A DNA stretch of 64,000 nt from an uncultured Bifidobacteriaceae bacterium (GTDB lineage: Bacteria > Verrucomicrobiota > Verrucomicrobiia > Limisphaerales > UBA11358): NCBI GenBank assembly GCA_964449815.1, contig CAYVGC010000002.1, forward strand, positions 7 through 64,006, read 5' to 3'. Positions 19,920 to 27,689 of this stretch are shown piece by piece. The notes under the pieces are model-generated. The model ran no database searches. It had not been told where the DNA came from and was given only the letters and a program-made list of their open reading frames with translations. The translations under genes were made by a program, and so were the position numbers. The first letter of the stretch is position 1; the number at the start of each line of letters is the position of its first letter.

Positions 19920-21947
19920 ATGAAACGCCTTGCTTCAGTCCTGTTCGCAGCCTTGCTGGCCTCGACCACGTCCGCTTTCAGTGCCGAGTCAACGAATTCG
20001 GTGCTGACTTACGTTGACCTGGTTCAGCGCCTCACCGATCTTGAACATCTGGCCACGCTGCCGGTGCCGGGCGAAAAGACCGCGCAGTTTTCGAGCTATG
20101 ACCGCGCGAGCCGTTACGACGAACAAACTGGCAAATACGTCCACTGGGATGCGAACGGCGACAACGACGGCATCATCCGCAAGGAAGACGGCAAATCCGT
20201 GCTTGCGGAAATGGACGGCCCTGGCTGCCTCTGGCGCATCTGGTCCGCCGCACCGAAGCAGGGCCACGTCCGCATTTATCTCGACGGCGACACCAATCCT
20301 GCGGTGGATTTGCCGTTCGCGGACTATTTTTCCGGCAAAGAAGCTCCGTTCACGCGGCCCGCGATCGTCAACATCGTTTCCCAGGGCTGCAACAATTACA
20401 CGCCGATTCCGTTTCAAAAATCCTGCAAAATCGTCGCCGACGCGGATTGGGGCGCGTATTACCATTTCGGCTACACGACGTTTCCCAAAGGCACGCAGGT
20501 GCCGACCTTCAAGCGGGAATTGTCGCCGGCGGACAACGCCGGGCTCGACGAGGCGGATAAAATTTTAAGCCATTGCGGTCCGCGCGAATTTCCCAACGGC
20601 CAGCGCGCCAGCGTCGAGGGAATGCTCGCCGGTCACGGCAGTTCGGGAACCGAGCCGGACGGCGCGGGTGCGATCACTGGCATCCGCGTTCGCTTCGATC
20701 CGCCGCTCACGCCGGCTGACCGCGATCTGCTCCGCGAAATCTCGCTTCAGATTCAGTGGGATGGCGAAGGTTCGCCGTCGGTGTGGTCGCCGCTCGGCGA
20801 TTTTTTCGGCACCGCGCCGGGCGCGAACGTGTATCGCTCGCTGCCGTGCGGCTACACGGAGGACGGCTGGTTTTACGCGAACTGGTTCATGCCGTTCACC
20901 AACGGCGCGAAAATTCACTTCGTCAACGAAGGTTCGAACAACCACAAACTCAAATACGAAATCTACCGCCAGGAAATCAAAGGCGATCTTACGCGCTACG
21001 CCCGCTTCCACGCCAAGTGGCATCGCGACGAGTTTTTGCCGACGGAACCGGAGCGGCAGATTGACTGGCCGCTGCTCAAGACCACCGGCGCGGGACGTTT
21101 CGTCGGCGTGATGCTGCACGTTTGGAACCCGCGCGGCGGCTGGTGGGGCGAGGGCGACGAAAAATTTTTCGTGGACGGCGAAAAATTTCCCTCCACCTTC
21201 GGCACCGGTTCCGAGGATTATTTCGGCTATGCCTGGGGCAGTCCGGCGCTGTTTCAAAATGCCTTCCATAACCAGACCCACAACGACGGCGACAGCAAGG
21301 GCCACATCTCGGTCAACCGCTGGCACATCTCCGACCAGGTTCCGTTTGAAAAACAATTCGAGGGCGACATCGAAAAATATTTCCCGAATGAACGCCCGAC
21401 GCGCTACGCCGCGACGGTTTTCTGGTATCTCGCCCCCGACGGCGATGATCCGTATTCGCCCGTGCCAGTCGCGGAACGCACCAATTATTTCGCGGCACCG
21501 GCCGCCAGAAAAATTCCCGGTGTCATCGAAGGCGAGCAGTTGAAAATCCTTTCCCAGACCGGCGGCCATCCGCAGGAGCAGGACATGACCGGCTGGGGCG
21601 AGCAATGGAGCAATGACGCCCAGCTCTGGTGGACCGAGGCCAAGCCCGGCGACAAGCTGGAACTCGCGCTCCCGGTGGCCAAAGCCGGCAAATACCAGTT
21701 GCTCGCACAGCTTACCAAGGCCGTGGATTACGGCATCGTGCAGCTCTCGCTCGACGGCGAAAAACTGGGCGAGCCAATTGATCTTTTCCACGATGGCGTC
21801 ATCGCCACCGGCGAACTTGATCTGGGCGCACATGAACTTTCGGCGGGCGATCACACACTCGCGGTCGCAATCACCGGCGCAAATCCCGCTGCGGTGAAGA
21901 GTTTCATGTTCGGGCTGGATTACGTAAAGCTGGTGGAGGCGAAATAG
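19920..21947 (+). CDS. DUF2961 / glycoside hydrolase family 172-like protein with signal peptide and C-terminal beta-sandwich extension
   Basis: Signal peptide MKRLASVLFAALLASTTSAFSA, then GPGCLWRIWSAAP...IYLDG and the overall DUF2961 pattern. ATG 19920 is chosen. Confidence 0.75.
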   Translation: MKRLASVLFAALLASTTSAFSAESTNSVLTYVDLVQRLTDLEHLATLPVPGEKTAQFSSYDRASRYDEQTGKYVHWDANGDNDGIIRKEDGKSVLAEMDGPGCLWRIWSAAPKQGHVRIYLDGDTNPAVDLPFADYFSGKEAPFTRPAIVNIVSQGCNNYTPIPFQKSCKIVADADWGAYYHFGYTTFPKGTQVPTFKRELSPADNAGLDEADKILSHCGPREFPNGQRASVEGMLAGHGSSGTEPDGAGAITGIRVRFDPPLTPADRDLLREISLQIQWDGEGSPSVWSPLGDFFGTAPGANVYRSLPCGYTEDGWFYANWFMPFTNGAKIHFVNEGSNNHKLKYEIYRQEIKGDLTRYARFHAKWHRDEFLPTEPERQIDWPLLKTTGAGRFVGVMLHVWNPRGGWWGEGDEKFFVDGEKFPSTFGTGSEDYFGYAWGSPALFQNAFHNQTHNDGDSKGHISVNRWHISDQVPFEKQFEGDIEKYFPNERPTRYAATVFWYLAPDGDDPYSPVPVAERTNYFAAPAARKIPGVIEGEQLKILSQTGGHPQEQDMTGWGEQWSNDAQLWWTEAKPGDKLELALPVAKAGKYQLLAQLTKAVDYGIVQLSLDGEKLGEPIDLFHDGVIATGELDLGAHELSAGDHTLAVAITGANPAAVKSFMFGLDYVKLVEAK

Positions 21948-22288
21948 GCCGGGCTGGTGCCGTCATGGCCGCGCCGGTTGGAGCCTCTCTACGGCGCGCC
22001 GGAACCATCCCACCCCGCGTCCGAGCCGTTCGTTCCCCCGTCCGAGCGACTTGGACGTGCGTCTGGATGGCCTGGGCGCGCGTCCGGGTCGCTTGGACCT
22101 GCGTCCGAAGAGCGTCGTCTGGTCAAAAAAACGAGGAAAACCAGGAAAATTGACCCCAAACGCGGTTTCCAAGCCCAAAACAGCCCCGTGCCAGACGACC
22201 GTGGTCAAAAAACGACAGTTGGTGGTGGGACGACTCCCGCCGGCCGCCGAATCTGGCACCACCAAGACACCAAGACCAGGTTTTCGCG

Positions 22289-22333
22289 TCAAATTTCTTC
22301 CTTCATGTCTTGGTGCCTTTGTGGTTAAACTTT
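22289..22333 (+). repeat. 45-nt leader/intergenic element, copy B
   Basis: Ends 5 nt before the thrS N-fragment ATG. Matches copy A at 44 of 45 positions in my hand alignment. Confidence 0.9.
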
Positions 22334-22338
22334 CCCCC

Positions 22339-23340
22339 ATGTCCGCTGAACAAGAGAATCAACCGCCGCCCGCGCCGCTCAACCCGGAACGTAAAACTTT
22401 GGACGACCGCGCCAAGATGACCGAGCTGGAACGCATCCGGCATTCCGCCGCGCACGTCATGGCCACCGCCATCCTGAGGCTGTGGCCCGACGCGCAATTC
22501 GCCGCCGGGCCGCCGGTCGAAAATGGATTTTATTACGACGTGGACCTGAAGCACCGCATCTCGCCGGAGGATTTCCCCGCCATCGAGGCCGAGATGAAAA
22601 AGGAAATCAAGGCCAACCACACCTTCGAGAAAATCACCGTCACGCGCGAGCAGGCGCTCAAGGACGCGCAAAACGGCCGGCTGGCCGCGCTTGCCGAGCG
22701 GCCCGGCAGCCCCAGCAAGTTCAAGATTGGCAACCTCGAAGCCATTCCCGACGGCGAGCCGATCACCTATTTCAAGAGTGGTGATTTCGTGGACCTCTGC
22801 GCCGGGCCGCATGTGATGCGCACCGGCAACATCGGCGCGTTCAAGCTCACGAGCGTGGCCAGCGCATATTACAAGGGCGACGAGCGCAACCCGCAGCTCC
22901 AGCGCATCTACGGCACGGCGTTCAAGAACAAGACCCCGCTCGACGAGTATTTCAAGATGATCGAGGAGGCCAGGCGCCGCGACCATCGCAAGATTGGCGC
23001 GGAGATGGGGCTGTTCGCGATTGACACCGAATACGTCGGGCCGGGCCTGCCGCTCTGGCTGCCCAAAGGCACCGCCATCGTCGAGGAACTGGAAAAGCTG
23101 GCGAAGGAAACGGAATTCGCCGCCGGCTACGTGCGCGTGAAAACGCCGCACATCGCGCGGGAGAAAATGTATTTAACCTCCGGTCACTTGCCGGTGCTTT
23201 ACGCGGAGTCAATGTATCCGCCGATGAAAATGGATGAACATCGCGAGGAACGGGAAAAATTGGAAAGGCGCATCGCCGAACTGGAAAGGCAACTGCTGGA
23301 ATATGCAAAGAAAATTTCCGAACGCAAGTCCGGCGGCTGA
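22339..23340 (+). CDS. thrS: threonyl-tRNA synthetase, N-terminal fragment (editing-domain remnant plus first part of class II core)
   Basis: HSAAHVMATAIL (editing-domain HxxxH), RRDHRKIG, and VKTPHIAREKMYLTSGHLPVLYAESMYPPM aligning with E. coli [26 protein letters not shown]. It then has a 38-aa charged helical tail and a stop. ATG 22339 is chosen. Confidence 0.85.
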   Translation: MSAEQENQPPPAPLNPERKTLDDRAKMTELERIRHSAAHVMATAILRLWPDAQFAAGPPVENGFYYDVDLKHRISPEDFPAIEAEMKKEIKANHTFEKITVTREQALKDAQNGRLAALAERPGSPSKFKIGNLEAIPDGEPITYFKSGDFVDLCAGPHVMRTGNIGAFKLTSVASAYYKGDERNPQLQRIYGTAFKNKTPLDEYFKMIEEARRRDHRKIGAEMGLFAIDTEYVGPGLPLWLPKGTAIVEELEKLAKETEFAAGYVRVKTPHIAREKMYLTSGHLPVLYAESMYPPMKMDEHREEREKLERRIAELERQLLEYAKKISERKSGG

Positions 23341-23380
23341 TTTTTGGAATGGCTGATTCCCCAAAACCCGCTATATTGTT

Positions 23381-23794
23381 ATGAAAGTGAATCCAGACAT
23401 TCGATGGAAACAGCGGTTTGAGAATTACGAAAAAGCCTTGCTGCTGCTTCGTGAAGCGATGGCCGACATCGAAAATCTTTCCGACCTGGAAAAAGAAGGA
23501 GCCGTCCAACGATTTGAGTTCACGGTCGAACTGGCGTGGAAAACATTGAAAGATTATCTGGAAAACAGCGGAGTCGCGCTGGCTCAAATCACTCCCAAGA
23601 ACGTCGTGAAACAGGCGTTCAGCGCCAAAATCATCCGCGACGGCCAGTTGTGGATTGACATGCTCGACTGCCGCAATCTCATGTCGCACAACTACGACGA
23701 AAAAATTCTCAATCAGACCGTTCACAAAATGTCCGGGTTTTTGCCCGCGCTGAACGAGCTGCATGATTTTCTGAAAAAGCGGGGCGCGTTATGA
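23381..23794 (+). CDS. HEPN-domain toxin (HI0074-type nucleotidyltransferase substrate-binding protein)
   Basis: GAVQRFEFTVELAWKTLKDYL and the Rx4H motif RNLMSH. It overlaps the partner gene by ATGA. Confidence 0.85.
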   Translation: MKVNPDIRWKQRFENYEKALLLLREAMADIENLSDLEKEGAVQRFEFTVELAWKTLKDYLENSGVALAQITPKNVVKQAFSAKIIRDGQLWIDMLDCRNLMSHNYDEKILNQTVHKMSGFLPALNELHDFLKKRGAL

Positions 23795-24123
23795 ATTCCT
23801 TTGGACTGACTGATTCCGAACAGGAAATGATCCGCGCGGTTTTGCGTCGGCACGCTGAAGTGATGGAGACAAAAATTTTCGGCTCGCGCGCCAAAGGTAA
23901 TTTCCAGCCCAGTTCCGACATTGACCTCGCGCTTTGGGGAAACCTGTCCGTTTCGGCAATTGCCATGATTGCCGGCGAACTGGACGAATTACCGCTGCCC
24001 TACACGTTTGACGTGCAAGCCTACGATGCCATTCACCACCAGCCATTACGCGAACACATTGACCGGGTCGGGAAAATTTTCTACTCGCAAGTCGGCAGCG
24101 AACCGGTAATTGCCAAACGGTAA
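23791..24123 (+). CDS. MNT-type nucleotidyltransferase antitoxin
   Basis: GSRAKGNFQPSSDIDLAL is the minimal nucleotidyltransferase GS..D.D motif. Confidence 0.85.
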   Translation: MNSFGLTDSEQEMIRAVLRRHAEVMETKIFGSRAKGNFQPSSDIDLALWGNLSVSAIAMIAGELDELPLPYTFDVQAYDAIHHQPLREHIDRVGKIFYSQVGSEPVIAKR

Positions 24124-24390
24124 TTGCCGGATTCAAACTGCCGGTCGCCAGATTCAAATTGACGATTGCCGGATTGAATCTGCCGGTTGGGAAATGGCTT
24201 TCGTCGGTCAACTTATTGCTTCTGTCAGTTGCCGGATGACAATGTGCTGTCGAATTATGACCATGTGCGGTTGCCGGATGGCATCTGCCGGTCGCCAGAT
24301 GGCTTCGTGCTGTTGACTTTTGACCATGTGCGGTCGGTTTATGGCCGCTGTCGGTTGACTTTTCGCCATTGCCGGTCAAAGGACGCCTTT
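24105..24390. repeat. degenerate 21-bp tandem array, about 13 units
   Basis: Units in register from 24139: tgccggtcgccagattcaaat, tgacgattgccggattgaatc, tgccggttgggaaatggcttt, cgtcggtcaacttattgcttc, tgtcagttgccggatgacaat, gtgctgtcgaattatgaccat, gtgcggttgccggatggcatc, tgccggtcgccagatggcttc, gtgctgttgacttttgaccat, gtgcggtcggtttatggccgc, tgtcggttgacttttcgccat, tgccggtcaaaggacgccttt. Confidence 0.85.
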
Positions 24391-24513
24391 TTTCCAAGGG
24401 TTTATGCCGATGCGATTCCAAAAAAGCCCGAAATTATCAATGCCAGCCCTGCCGCCGCCCCTAAAATATGAAGTTGCGGCGTGCGGAAATGAATCCGCGC
24501 TCCGCAACTCAAA

Positions 24514-24897
24514 ATGAACACGAAACAACAAAACAAGCTGGCCATGTATCTGGCCGTCAAAGCTGTGCTCGATTCCAATAACTCCGTATGGCAATCGTTG
24601 CAGGCTTTTGCGGATGGATACACGGACTTCAGCGGTCATGTCACCCAAATCCAGACCTTGGGGCTTTCCCAAGTGACGGATTCCACCGGCATCGCGCAGG
24701 ACAAAAAAGCGTCCAAGGCGGCGATGGCAACGGCAGCGCAGCAAATCAGTGCGGCGGTTCACGCCTACGCTGTCAAAAACAAGAACAACACGCTGGCCAA
24801 CGAAACCGATTTTACCGTTTCCGATTTGACCGGCGAACGCGACGCGGATGCCATCAAGGATTGCAGGTATTGCGCGCAATTGTATGAAAGGTCGTAG
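24514..24897 (+). CDS. hypothetical protein, probably 3'-truncated
   Basis: 127-aa ORF. After about residue 117 (near 24864) it runs into the antisense of the SNF2 fragment, so the last ~10 codons look like read-through. Confidence 0.4.
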   Translation: MNTKQQNKLAMYLAVKAVLDSNNSVWQSLQAFADGYTDFSGHVTQIQTLGLSQVTDSTGIAQDKKASKAAMATAAQQISAAVHAYAVKNKNNTLANETDFTVSDLTGERDADAIKDCRYCAQLYERS

Positions 24898-25664
24898 TAA
24901 ATGGCGTGATGGCAGGTTTTGTGAAGCGAAATGGATTCGGCGCACGCACCGGGATTGGCAATCAACACGTCCAAGCCGCTTGCCGTGTCCTTGAATCGGT
25001 TAATCAACCGCTCCCGCGTCTCGCCCTGCTGAACCGATGTTTGCTCGACAGGGGTTTCGCCATAAAGCAATTCGCAATTCACCTTCAATTTTTGGAAATG
25101 TTTTTGGATGAGCTTCAGCGCGCCGATGAAATTGCACCACACCACCACTTTTTCGTTGCGGCCAAGAATTCGCGAAACGAGTCTTTCCAACTGCAAAACC
25201 TTTGCGGGCGTTTCTAGTTGATCGTAAGTGCGGATGATTTCATAAAGCTCGCTCGCCTTGGCAACATCTATGTCGCAATCATCGAGCGGCTTGGTTAACA
25301 GGCCAACATAGGCGCTACATTGGCGCAAACGCAGGATTCGCGCGCGACGCAGCCGCGTCAGCACTTCGGCGTTTTTTGAATAATCAAACTTCGCGTTATT
25401 TCGAATCCGCAGCGTGATCGCGTCATAAACAAACTGCTCATGCTCGTTCATCGGCGTGATGATTGGCGGATGGAAAACAGGCTGCGTCAAACCGAGGTCT
25501 GCTTTCGTCACGCGATAAAACATCGGGCCGACAGTGTGTTTGAGGATTTGCTGTGCGCTTCCAATGTCGCCTTTTTGTTCGGCCACTTGAATTCTGATTC
25601 GATTTTCTGCGCCGATGGGATCACTTGCGGGCCAAAGGAACTCAAAAAGGTTATTTTGGATCAA
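24858..25664 (-). pseudogene. SNF2-family helicase fragment, missing the N-terminal ATPase lobe and the extreme C-terminus
   Basis: LFEFLWP..., the helicase C-lobe KVVVWCNFIGALKLIQKHF...ELLYGETPVEQ...RFKD...VLIANPGACAESISLHKTCHHAIYYDLSYNCAQYLQS. Homology stops before the expected DRxHRxGQ motif. No Walker A/DExH region is present. Confidence 0.7.
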
Positions 25665-26518
25665 AAAAGCGTCTGGCGGTCCAGCTTTGCAAAAAGCTTC
25701 CGCCTCATTCTGCTTGGGTTGAGGCGTTTTGCGGCTCTGCCGCGCTGACGTTTGCCAAAAAACCAGCGCCCGTTGAAGTCATCAACGATCTCGACTGCGA
25801 AATCATAAATTTTTTCGAGCAACTCCGGGACAATGAAAAGCGGCTTTGTCGCGCAATCGCACTGACGCCCTACGCGCGGAAGGAATTAGACCTCGCCAGA
25901 AAACCGCAGCGGAAAGCGACCAAACTCGAACGCGCTCGGCGCTTTCTGGTTTCGTCCATGATGGCAATCAATGGAGTTTTCGGCAAAGAGCGCGGCGGCT
26001 TTTCCTATTCCGATTCGTATGTGCGCAGCGGGCGGGAAGCGCGCGTAAATCGGTGGTATAATCTTCCAAAACGAATTTCCAAATTCGTTGAGCGCTTGCG
26101 GGGTGTCCGCGTTGAAAACAAAGATGCCCGCAAGCTGCTCAAGCAATTTGCAGATAAGCCGGCGGCGCTCATTTATTTGGACCCACCGTATTTTGCGGAC
26201 AGAACAAACGGCTACAACCACGATGCAAACGACCTGAAATTCCACCGCGAGCTTTTGCGGCTGGCCAACCGCGCCCGCTGCATGATTTTCATCAGCGGAT
26301 ACCAAAATACGCTTTACCGGAAAATGCTGACCACAAAAAAAGGCTGGCACACCAAAACAATCAAGGCTACGACACGAGATTCATCCGGCAAGACCCATGA
26401 GCGAACGGAAGTTGTTTGGATGAACAAACATTTTTTGAAGGCGCAAAAGTCAGGAAAAATTCCCGTTCGACTCTCCAAAAGGGAAACAAAATTAAACAAG
26501 GTCAATCCGACTCGCTGA
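25625..26518 (+). CDS. Dam-like (D12 class) N6-adenine DNA methyltransferase
   Basis: YFGSKKRLA...WVEAFCGSAAL (SAM motif) and the catalytic DPPY (IYLDPPYF). There is no in-frame ATG. The only candidate starts are TTG 25625 and CTG 25607, after a stop at 25595. Confidence 0.75.
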   Translation: MRAKGTQKGYFGSKKRLAVQLCKKLPPHSAWVEAFCGSAALTFAKKPAPVEVINDLDCEIINFFEQLRDNEKRLCRAIALTPYARKELDLARKPQRKATKLERARRFLVSSMMAINGVFGKERGGFSYSDSYVRSGREARVNRWYNLPKRISKFVERLRGVRVENKDARKLLKQFADKPAALIYLDPPYFADRTNGYNHDANDLKFHRELLRLANRARCMIFISGYQNTLYRKMLTTKKGWHTKTIKATTRDSSGKTHERTEVVWMNKHFLKAQKSGKIPVRLSKRETKLNKVNPTR

Positions 26519-26538
26519 CTTTCTGCTCCTCACCCCGG

Positions 26539-26575
26539 CCCTCTCCTCGTTCGGCGAGGAGAGGGAGAATTATTT
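26539..26575 (+). terminator. hairpin (perfect 11-bp stem) plus T-rich tail downstream of the methylase gene
   Basis: ccctctcctcg-ttcgg-cgaggagaggg followed by agaattatttt. It could equally be a REP-like palindromic repeat. Confidence 0.45.
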
Positions 26576-26771
26576 TGTGGGACGATTTCCCAGGGTATTC
26601 GCTGCGCTCAAACCCTGGGCTGATTTCCGCAGAGCCTTCAGCGCAGTCGAAGCTCGGCCTGCCATTCAATTCGCGCGGATTCGTGGAATTCGTGTCGCGT
26701 CTTTGCGCCTCCGCGTCTTTGCGTTGAAAAATTGAATTTCTTTTGCGCGGCAGAACGGTATTTTGATTGCG

Positions 26772-26888
26772 ATGTCTGACCTCACGAAAGCCGGGCAGTT
26801 CAATCTGGTTGAAGACGCCGTCATTCAACGCAAAGGCGCGGAGTCGCGAAGGGCAGGCGCGGGCAAATATCCTTTGGTTTCAAACTGA
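26772..26888 (+). pseudogene. 38-codon ORF duplicating the first ~17 codons of the thrS C-fragment
   Basis: MSDLTKAGQFNLVEDAV... compared with MHELTKTEQFTLVEDAV... at 27690. I count 41 identities in the first 50 nt by hand. Similarity is lost afterwards and a stop follows at 26886. Confidence 0.6.
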
Positions 26889-26907
26889 AAAGAAGTATTT
26901 TAACGGC

Positions 26908-27165
26908 ATGAAAGCGATGCAAATAGAATATCCTGAATCTTGGACGGCTTCGGCAGGTTCAAGTCCCGAACGCTTTGAAAACGAGGCGCGCATGGCGCTG
27001 GCGATGAAGCTGTTTGAGATGGGGCGGCTGACCAGCGGCCAGGCGGCGCAACTGGCCGGAGTTTCCCGCATGGCTTTTCTTTTCAACTGTCCGCAATGGA
27101 ACGTGCCCGCCGTGAATTGGGACGCCGCCGAGCTTGCCGCCGAGTTCAAGCCGATCCCCTCGTGA
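26908..27165 (+). CDS. UPF0175-family antitoxin
   Basis: ALAMKLFEMGRLTSGQAAQLAGVSRMAFL is the UPF0175 pattern. Its stop overlaps the GTG start of the PIN partner. Confidence 0.8.
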   Translation: MKAMQIEYPESWTASAGSSPERFENEARMALAMKLFEMGRLTSGQAAQLAGVSRMAFLFNCPQWNVPAVNWDAAELAAEFKPIPS

Positions 27166-27650
27166 GCCGGATTATCTGCAATTCAGGGCCGTTGATTGCG
27201 CTCGGCATCCTTGCCCGGCTGGACATCCTGAAATCCCTGTTTGACGAGGTGCTCGTTCCCGAAGCCGTTCAGAAGGAAATCGAGCAGGGCGGAATAAAAT
27301 TATCGGGCCTGGAGGATTTCCGGCGCGCAAATTGGATTCGGATTGTGGCGCTCAAGGAAAAGCGCGACGAACTGCTGGAGTCGCTGCTGGACATCGGCGA
27401 AGCGGCGGTCATCAGCCTTGCGCGCGAGCAAAAGGCGTTGCTGGTGCTGATTGACGAACGCAAGGCGCGCAAAGTCGCACGCGATATTTACGGCCTGCAA
27501 CCCATCGGCACGGCGCGCATTCTGGTCGAGGCCAAACGGAAGAATTTACTGCCGGGCATCGCCTCTCAATTTCAAAAACTCCGGCAGGAAGGTTATTGGA
27601 TTCACGATACAATTGTCGAAACCGCCTTGCGTGAAGCCGGAGAGATTTGA
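27162..27650 (+). CDS. DUF3368-type PIN-like nuclease toxin
   Basis: ICNSGPLIALGILARLDILKSLFDEVLVPEAVQKEI is typical of DUF3368/PIN partners of UPF0175. GTG 27162 is chosen. Confidence 0.8.
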   Translation: MSRIICNSGPLIALGILARLDILKSLFDEVLVPEAVQKEIEQGGIKLSGLEDFRRANWIRIVALKEKRDELLESLLDIGEAAVISLAREQKALLVLIDERKARKVARDIYGLQPIGTARILVEAKRKNLLPGIASQFQKLRQEGYWIHDTIVETALREAGEI

Positions 27651-27689
27651 ATTTTCTTCGTGGTTCACAGGCGTTAAGATTTTTCCTCA

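Noticed and set aside
21948-22288. T-box or other regulatory leader upstream of thrS
   Set aside because: I saw direct repeats (cgacttggacgtgcgtc / cgcttggacctgcgtcc) but no T-box consensus or specifier structure that I could fold by eye. This needs an Rfam scan.
22051-22338. N-terminal extension of thrS (the track ORF starts at 22051)
   Set aside because: The extra 96 codons cross REP-like repeats and the 45-nt leader element. ATG 22339 gives a sensible ThrRS start.
24105-24390. Possible CRISPR array
   Set aside because: The units are contiguous with no unique spacers. The period is 21 nt, the copies are degenerate, and no cas genes are present.
23789-24421. 210-aa minus-strand ORF with heptad repeats (HPATAHG and similar)
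   Set aside because: It is produced by the 21-bp DNA repeat being open in all frames. Its remainder is antisense to the well-supported MNT gene.
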